The notes under the pieces: model-generated | The model's input: only the letters and a program-made list of their open reading frames with translations | What the model was told of the DNA's origin: nothing | Database searches by the model: none | In this document: positions 59,020-64,000 of the stretch, piece by piece | Layout: the number at the start of each line of letters is the position of its first letter | How positions within the stretch are numbered: the stretch's first letter is position 1 | Program-made: the position numbers and the translations under genes | Virus record (IMG/VR): IMGVR_UViG_3300023174_000047 | Location: 128,001 to 192,000 of that record | Length of the DNA stretch: 64,000 bases | From: a virus | Taxonomy: Duplodnaviria > Caudoviricetes | Direction: 5' to 3' (one strand)

Positions 59020-60201
59020 ATGAATTACATATCACAACACTTCTGGAATACTGAAACTAATTGCATTGATGGTTTTAAGCTATGGAGCGCTCTGCAGCTT
59101 CATATTAAAAGGGGCGAGCTTATTGTTAATGCTGGTAAAGGTGAACGTGAAGGTCTCGAGCTTGTAACTTATTCTAAAACTTATCAATATGAGCACAATT
59201 CCGTGCCTTGGGATCCTCTTGTACAGCATTGCCGTGGCATCATCTTTGATGCTGCTGATGACTATAAGATTGTAGCACTTCCTTTCTCCAAGTTTTTCAA
59301 CTACGGCGAGGGTGGTATTCATTACCCGTCTGCAGATGCAGATATTACCAGCGTATATGAAAAAATGGATGGGTCTCTTGGTATTTGTTTCTTCTGGCAC
59401 GGCAGATGGCACTTGACTACTCGTGGTTCTCTTAACTCTGATATTGGAGTTGTGGGTCAAAAGCTACTTGACCTTGCTCTTACGCGTAAAACTGCAGGAG
59501 TCTGGGATGAGACTCCTGGTGTTGAACTTGATATACATCGCACATACTTATTTGAGATCATCGATCCAATCTGTCAAATTGTCGTGAAATATAATTCGAG
59601 CATGCTTGTTGCTCTCGGTTCACGCAACAAGCATACAGGTGTGTGTTCTTATGGACGCTACAGCATTTATAATTGGCCAGACTATGCTACATCGTATCAT
59701 TTTACAAACAAAGAAGAAATGACTGCATGGCTTAGTCTGACCAAGGGAACCGACTTTGAAGGCTTTGTGGTTCATTTTTCAGACGGATCCATCTTTAAGT
59801 TTAAGTCTGAAGACTACATGCATCTACATCGCATCATTTCTCATTTCACATTCAAGCGGGTGCTTGAAGCTGTACAAAAAAATGAACAAGAAGAAATTCG
59901 CAAAGTATTGCCAGAAGAGCTCATTCCTGAGTTTGATCGTTACTGCCGAATGATTGAAGATAAAGTAGAACACATCATTGCTAATGTTGATAAGGCAGTT
60001 AGCAGTGCACCAAAAGATTCACGCAAAGAGTTTGCACTTTATATGCAGCAGTTTTATAGAGGTACAGATGCATATAAATATGCATTCAAACTCTTGGATT
60101 TTGAAATGAACATTGACAAGCTTTACAAACACATTTTGCAAAGTCTCCACAAAGATGATTTTGTAGTTGAAGAAGGCAAAAATAAAGGTGATATTGACTA
60201 A
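59020..60201 (+). CDS. RNA ligase 1 (T4 RnlA-like)
   Basis: CRGIIF...PFSKFFNYGE, EKMDGSLG (motif I), LFEII, EGFVV, FKFKS. Confidence 0.93.
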   Translation: MNYISQHFWNTETNCIDGFKLWSALQLHIKRGELIVNAGKGEREGLELVTYSKTYQYEHNSVPWDPLVQHCRGIIFDAADDYKIVALPFSKFFNYGEGGIHYPSADADITSVYEKMDGSLGICFFWHGRWHLTTRGSLNSDIGVVGQKLLDLALTRKTAGVWDETPGVELDIHRTYLFEIIDPICQIVVKYNSSMLVALGSRNKHTGVCSYGRYSIYNWPDYATSYHFTNKEEMTAWLSLTKGTDFEGFVVHFSDGSIFKFKSEDYMHLHRIISHFTFKRVLEAVQKNEQEEIRKVLPEELIPEFDRYCRMIEDKVEHIIANVDKAVSSAPKDSRKEFALYMQQFYRGTDAYKYAFKLLDFEMNIDKLYKHILQSLHKDDFVVEEGKNKGDID

Positions 60202-60213
60202 TGAAAACAAATA

Positions 60214-60298
60214 GCCGCTCCGGATCAGACACGCGAGCTCAAGACATCAATATGACAACGAAGCTCATGGAGCGTCGCCTGCACCCTGCTTGTTCGGG
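60214..60298 (+). other. Degenerate attC-like hairpin
   Basis: Arms GGATCAGACACGCGAGCT / AGCTC...GCGTCGCCTGCACCC, ending in GTTCGGG; ATG 60252 inside the loop. Confidence 0.5.
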
Positions 60299-60509
60299 CT
60301 TGCTACCATGTCCATTTTGTGGATGCCGGGCGGTTACTACTCGCCGATACATCGGATCTGACACCACCGCGGTCATCGTGCGTTGCTGCTCTCGCCGCTG
60401 CCCAGTTCATCCCGAAACGACGCCATGCGACGAGAAGGGCACCCTGCGCGGAAAGGTCGGCGCGTGGGAAGTGTGGAGCCGTAGACTGACCAATGACATC
60501 GCACGTTAA
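60252..60509 (+). CDS. Lar-family (restriction alleviation-like) zinc-binding protein on a GC-rich islet
   Basis: LLPCPFCG...VRCCSRRC; counted lines 63-70% GC versus about 38% in the flanking ligase gene. Confidence 0.7.
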   Translation: MTTKLMERRLHPACSGLLPCPFCGCRAVTTRRYIGSDTTAVIVRCCSRRCPVHPETTPCDEKGTLRGKVGAWEVWSRRLTNDIAR

Positions 60510-60608
60510 TCGATATGAATATACATCCAATTTGTTATTTTGATATGACGCAACAAGAAATTGAAACATTTTTGTTGCAAGTTTCTCAAAGACAACTACA
60601 ATAGCGAC

Positions 60609-60887
60609 ATGAACAACGAAAATATTATTTGTGGATGCGGCAAGGCCGTAGAAATCGAGCGCATTCAGCTCATCAACAGTCGCATTTGTGCATCATGCGC
60701 ATTTGAAACTCAAAAGAATCATCAAAAGCCGCGAGGTGTAATGATTTATGGTCATAAGACCGGTGCTGAAATTCAAGTACTTACGCATGAGCAATTCACG
60801 AATCACCGCAAATATAACCCATATGGCCGTCACACTGGTCATGGATCAGGTATACATCGAGTGACCAGAACTACCTCCTGTATGTAA
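60609..60887 (+). CDS. DksA/TraR-like C4 zinc-finger protein
   Basis: CGCG...ERI...ICASC. Confidence 0.55.
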   Translation: MNNENIICGCGKAVEIERIQLINSRICASCAFETQKNHQKPRGVMIYGHKTGAEIQVLTHEQFTNHRKYNPYGRHTGHGSGIHRVTRTTSCM

Positions 60888-60896
60888 TAACTCCAT

Positions 60897-60931
60897 AACA
60901 CTATTTGTAATATATAATTACAAATAGTGTT
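60897..60931. repeat. Perfect 15-bp inverted repeat with 5-nt loop
   Basis: AACACTATTTGTAAT-ATATA-ATTACAAATAGTGTT. Confidence 0.95.
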
Positions 60932-60962
60932 GATTTTATTAAAATAGACACCATCATAACAT

Positions 60963-61166
60963 ATGAATAAAAATAAACAAAGCCGTAGTTTTGATATCAG
61001 CGAAAACATTGAATTTTATCATCGCCGCTGGATTGGTGGCGGGCTACACACACTTGGCAATAATATTGCTGGAGCATTTGGTATTACAAAAAAAGAATGG
61101 AATCGCAAGATTGAAGAGCGCAACCGCAGCAACAAGACTCTCAAGAAAAAATCTGCAACTAAGTGA
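60963..61166 (+). CDS. Basic hypothetical protein
   Basis: 67-aa ORF. Confidence 0.6.
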   Translation: MNKNKQSRSFDISENIEFYHRRWIGGGLHTLGNNIAGAFGITKKEWNRKIEERNRSNKTLKKKSATK

Positions 61167-61175
61167 GCAATCATT

Positions 61176-61652
61176 ATGAATGCAATGTTTTTAGTGCTAG
61201 GTGACTGGTATAGCAATGTTTCTTTCAACTATGAAAGAATACTTGTTTTAAGCAACAAGACAGTCATTGAAATTCAAAATGCCTATAAAACATCCTGCAA
61301 GCTAACGGGTGTATCATTTCATCGCAGCAACGACCCCTCTGATCAAAAAGAAGCATATGATCATTTCATTGCTACAGACCGCGATCAGGGTTTTGAAGTC
61401 TCTGACGAGACTAAGCAAGCACTCAATCTGCATGGCTATAATTTTGATGAACATTTGGCTTTTGGATTCAATGAAGATAATATGCAGGTGAAGTTAAACA
61501 GTGCTATCTTTTTGCATCTCTGGACAGAATTCGTTAAGCTGAGTCTTCCAGATCTAATCATTACCGCATATGATGGTACAACTGCGATACCTGTAATTAA
61601 TGGGTACTGGGATGATGAACTCAATGTGTATTTTGCCCGTGGATTGTATTAA
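61176..61652 (+). CDS. Hypothetical protein
   Basis: 158-aa ORF. Confidence 0.75.
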   Translation: MNAMFLVLGDWYSNVSFNYERILVLSNKTVIEIQNAYKTSCKLTGVSFHRSNDPSDQKEAYDHFIATDRDQGFEVSDETKQALNLHGYNFDEHLAFGFNEDNMQVKLNSAIFLHLWTEFVKLSLPDLIITAYDGTTAIPVINGYWDDELNVYFARGLY

Positions 61653-61656
61653 AAAT

Positions 61657-62640
61657 ATGAAATTAGCTTCTATTGAAATCATTACTGACATTCAGCCTCA
61701 TTCAAATGCTGATAAGTTAGAGCTGGCAAAAGTACTAGGATACACTTGCATCGTTGAAAAAGGTAAATACAAAATTAATGATGCTGTTGTGCTCATTCAG
61801 CCAGATACTGTTTTGCCTAATGAACCGTGGTCAGAAGTGTTTAGAAAACGCAGCAGTAGAGTACGCGCTTTGAAATTGCGCGGCGTGTGGTCGTTGGGGA
61901 TTGTAATGCCTCTGAGTATTTGGTTTAATGATAACATCCCTACAGTTGGAGATGAAGTGTCTGACTTGATTGGTATTACCAAGTACGAAGCTCCTGCACC
62001 ACAGCAGCTAGATGCCAAGGGAAACTTGCCTTATGGACTTGGTCGCACAGATGAGGAAAGATGGCAAAATATTGTTAACCTTCCCTTTGGTGAATCAATT
62101 GATGTAACACACAAGGTGGATGGAAGCTCAGTAACTTTTTACTGTCGCAAAGATCGAGAGACAGGTGAATGGAACACTGGTATATGCTCTCGCTCTCTTG
62201 AACTCAAGCCAGAATGCAACAATAATTATACACGCATCAATGCTAAGTACGATGTTATCAACAAGCTAATGCAGTATTGCAAGGCTCATGATGATGTGAG
62301 TTTGGCTTTGCGTGGGGAGATTTTTGGGAACGGAATTCAAGGTCATGCTGCTAACCCTCATGCCAAAGTGTCTCTCAATTTTGCTGCCTTTAGTGTATAC
62401 AACTTTGACACCCTGCAGTATGAGAACTTCGGTAGTAATCATTACGTGTATAAACTGTGTTCTAAAATTGAAATTCCTACTGTAGACATCATTGAAACTA
62501 CTATTCTAACTCCAGAGCTTATCAAGAGATATGCTGAAGAGATGACTGAGATCAACGGCAAGCCCTTTGAGGGGGTAGTAATTAAACACAGTCAGGGCTC
62601 ATTTAAGATTATAAACTTGAGTTATGATGAACGCAAATGA
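61657..62640 (+). CDS. RNA ligase, DRB0094 family (Rnl2-like with N-terminal OB domain)
   Basis: MKLASIEII...NADKLELAKV, THKVDGSS, LRGEIFG, EGVV, FKIINLSY. Confidence 0.92.
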   Translation: MKLASIEIITDIQPHSNADKLELAKVLGYTCIVEKGKYKINDAVVLIQPDTVLPNEPWSEVFRKRSSRVRALKLRGVWSLGIVMPLSIWFNDNIPTVGDEVSDLIGITKYEAPAPQQLDAKGNLPYGLGRTDEERWQNIVNLPFGESIDVTHKVDGSSVTFYCRKDRETGEWNTGICSRSLELKPECNNNYTRINAKYDVINKLMQYCKAHDDVSLALRGEIFGNGIQGHAANPHAKVSLNFAAFSVYNFDTLQYENFGSNHYVYKLCSKIEIPTVDIIETTILTPELIKRYAEEMTEINGKPFEGVVIKHSQGSFKIINLSYDERK

Positions 62641-62833
62641 AATGAAAAAACATCAGCAAAATATGGAAGAATTGAAAGAGCTTAAGGATGTTGATGCCTT
62701 GCGCCTCTTGATTGCAGGACTCATTACAGCAAACATGAATCAGTTTGATCCACTTACAGAAGCTAAAATTGCATGGGATCGCACAGATGCTCTGTTCAGT
62801 GAATTTCAAAATCGAAAAACAAAAAAGAGTTGA
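62624..62833 (+). CDS. Hypothetical protein
   Basis: 69-aa ORF. Confidence 0.6.
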   Translation: MMNANEMKKHQQNMEELKELKDVDALRLLIAGLITANMNQFDPLTEAKIAWDRTDALFSEFQNRKTKKS

Positions 62834-62862
62834 TTATTCTCTATTGCAATATACAATGAGTT

Positions 62863-63093
62863 ATGTACAATCCAAGTTCAATTACACATAAAAACAAAAC
62901 ACAGTTCATTGCATTAATCCATGAATACATCGCTGAAGGTGAGCACATGGATGATGCACACTTTTGGGATAATTTTCACGACGGTCTGCAAGTTGCAGGC
63001 GACTTTAATCGATTCATTGCAGATAAAATTAAACCGCAGCTCACCGTACACGATATGAATGATTGTGTAGGCAAGCCAAGTGTTTATTGTTAA
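62863..63093 (+). CDS. Hypothetical early protein
   Basis: TTGATT...TACAAT promoter-like boxes upstream. Confidence 0.65.
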   Translation: MYNPSSITHKNKTQFIALIHEYIAEGEHMDDAHFWDNFHDGLQVAGDFNRFIADKIKPQLTVHDMNDCVGKPSVYC

Positions 63094-63135
63094 CGTCTGT
63101 GTTGCATAATTCGTAATTCATGTTACAATAAAACT

Positions 63136-63363
63136 ATGAATAAGCTTAGCTATGAAACAGAATCTGTCATTAGACTCGCCCTTGAGAATCGAATACTCGA
63201 AACTTCAAAGCGAATGACAAGTTGTTACGAAGAACAACAAATGTATGGTGATGCTGATGGCTACTGGCAGACTAGTTTTGATTTTTGGAAAAACAAGCTT
63301 GAGAAGACTCTTAGCGCCAAAGAAGAATTTATCAAATTCTGTGCATGGAGTTCGCCTCAATGA
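63136..63363 (+). CDS. Hypothetical early protein
   Basis: TTGCAT-17nt-TACAAT upstream. Confidence 0.65.
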   Translation: MNKLSYETESVIRLALENRILETSKRMTSCYEEQQMYGDADGYWQTSFDFWKNKLEKTLSAKEEFIKFCAWSSPQ

Positions 63364-63387
63364 AGAAATTAAATAGAATATTGAACC

Positions 63388-63921
63388 ATGAGTGATGAAG
63401 TAATTGAACAGGATAGCCCCACGAGGTCGGCTGCATCTGATTGGTATGCGCTTGTGCGTCGATGTAATGTATGCGGCAAGGTAAATGCTGTCGACCTTAA
63501 CGCATCACCGGAAGCTGAGCGAGACATGCACGAGCTAGACCATAGTGTGGAGAGATTAACACGAGAAGAAGCTATTGAGGCATGGAAGGGTGCCGGTCGC
63601 TGCGACCACAAGGCACTGATCGAATCTCTTCGTGCTCAACTTGCTGCGCATAACACCACGATGAGCTGCACAGCCCCGAAAGAAAAACTAAGAAAAACTA
63701 TGAAAACCACTCAAGACTCCAACGGGGCTGTGTTAGCTCCATCGACTGTTCGGCTTTCGTGCGACGGGCGATGCGGACAATACGGAACATGCAAAGGCGA
63801 GATAAGACCCGTCGCTGTGAAAAGCGCCAACGGTCGTAGAACGTGGGGGAAATACAACTATTGCGATGCGGCCAAAGCCGAGGACGAGAAAAGCGGATAT
63901 ATTGTTTTGCCGGACAAGTAA
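63388..63921 (+). CDS. GC-rich Cys-containing ORF, probably two cassette ORFs (ATG 63388 and 63700) fused through an attC-like site
   Basis: Two separate Cys clusters; internal in-frame ATG lies in the hairpin loop. Confidence 0.6.
   Translation: MSDEVIEQDSPTRSAASDWYALVRRCNVCGKVNAVDLNASPEAERDMHELDHSVERLTREEAIEAWKGAGRCDHKALIESLRAQLAAHNTTMSCTAPKEKLRKTMKTTQDSNGAVLAPSTVRLSCDGRCGQYGTCKGEIRPVAVKSANGRRTWGKYNYCDAAKAEDEKSGYIVLPDK
63648..63754 (+). other. attC-like recombination site (107 bp)
   Basis: GCATAAC...CGATGAGCTGCACAGCCCCG [loop] CGGGGCTGTGTTAGCTCCATCG...GTTCGGC; AAC/GTT core and two bulged bases. Confidence 0.75.
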
Positions 63922-63936
63922 ATTACTCAATTTTAC

Positions 63937-64000
63937 GGCTGGGTAGCCCAACGGCAGAGGCATGAGACTTAAAATCTCATAAGTGTGGGTTCGAGTCCCA
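63937..64000 (+). tRNA. tRNA-Leu(TAA), 3' end cut by the window edge
   Basis: Anticodon arm TGAGA-CTTAAAA-TCTCA; T arm GTGGG-TTCGAGT-CCCA; D loop with GG. Confidence 0.9.

Noticed and set aside
60489-60509. Closing attC core for the Lar-like cassette (GACCAAT)
   Set aside because: Does not complement GTTCGGG and no hairpin follows; too weak to call
63340-63442. Complete attC hairpin before ORF 63388
   Set aside because: The possible left arm (GGAGTTCGCCTC) pairs only through several wobbles and has no AAC core; treated as a half-site only
449-63963. Many short antisense or nested ORFs in the track (e.g. 4067..4414, 19114..19671, 36063..36548, 53968..54369, 63369..63611)
   Set aside because: Shadows of well-supported genes on the other strand or frame, with no independent motifs
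1-64000. Stop-codon reassignment
   Set aside because: Long conserved genes translate intact with the standard code, and TAA, TGA and TAG all end genes
1-64000. Integrase, transposase or IS element
   Set aside because: No tyrosine/serine recombinase or DDE motifs recognised in any ORF

Overview
AT-rich segment of a large T4-like (myovirus) phage genome, standard genetic code. 1-32 kb is a mostly + strand morphogenesis block: neck, terminase, tail completion, sheath, tube, tape measure, baseplate, with dUTPase and clamp loader interspersed. Its genes typically carry T4-type (T/C/A)ATAAATA late promoters just upstream. 32-42 kb holds two repeat-rich fibre-like gene sets (- strand). 42-64 kb is accessory: nucleotide-sugar reductase, YopX triplet, SET protein, phosphoesterase, PNK, two RNA ligases, lysis cassette, a three-gene repeat-protein array, a RadA-like ATPase and a tRNA-Leu cut by the window edge. 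Highlights: (1) the large terminase is fractured into two genes joined by an atypically split intein (47-aa IntN, 114-aa IntC ending His-Gln), with a free-standing endonuclease between the halves and a second, class 3 cis-intein in Walker A; (2) GC-rich islets near 60.2 kb and 63.4-63.9 kb are bounded by integron attC-like hairpins with the gene start inside the loop, suggesting phage-borne gene cassettes; (3) a modular paralog array with variable 23-aa repeat number; (4) many late genes share putative capsid-targeting N-terminal leaders. All family assignments are from motif recognition by eye; no database searches were run.
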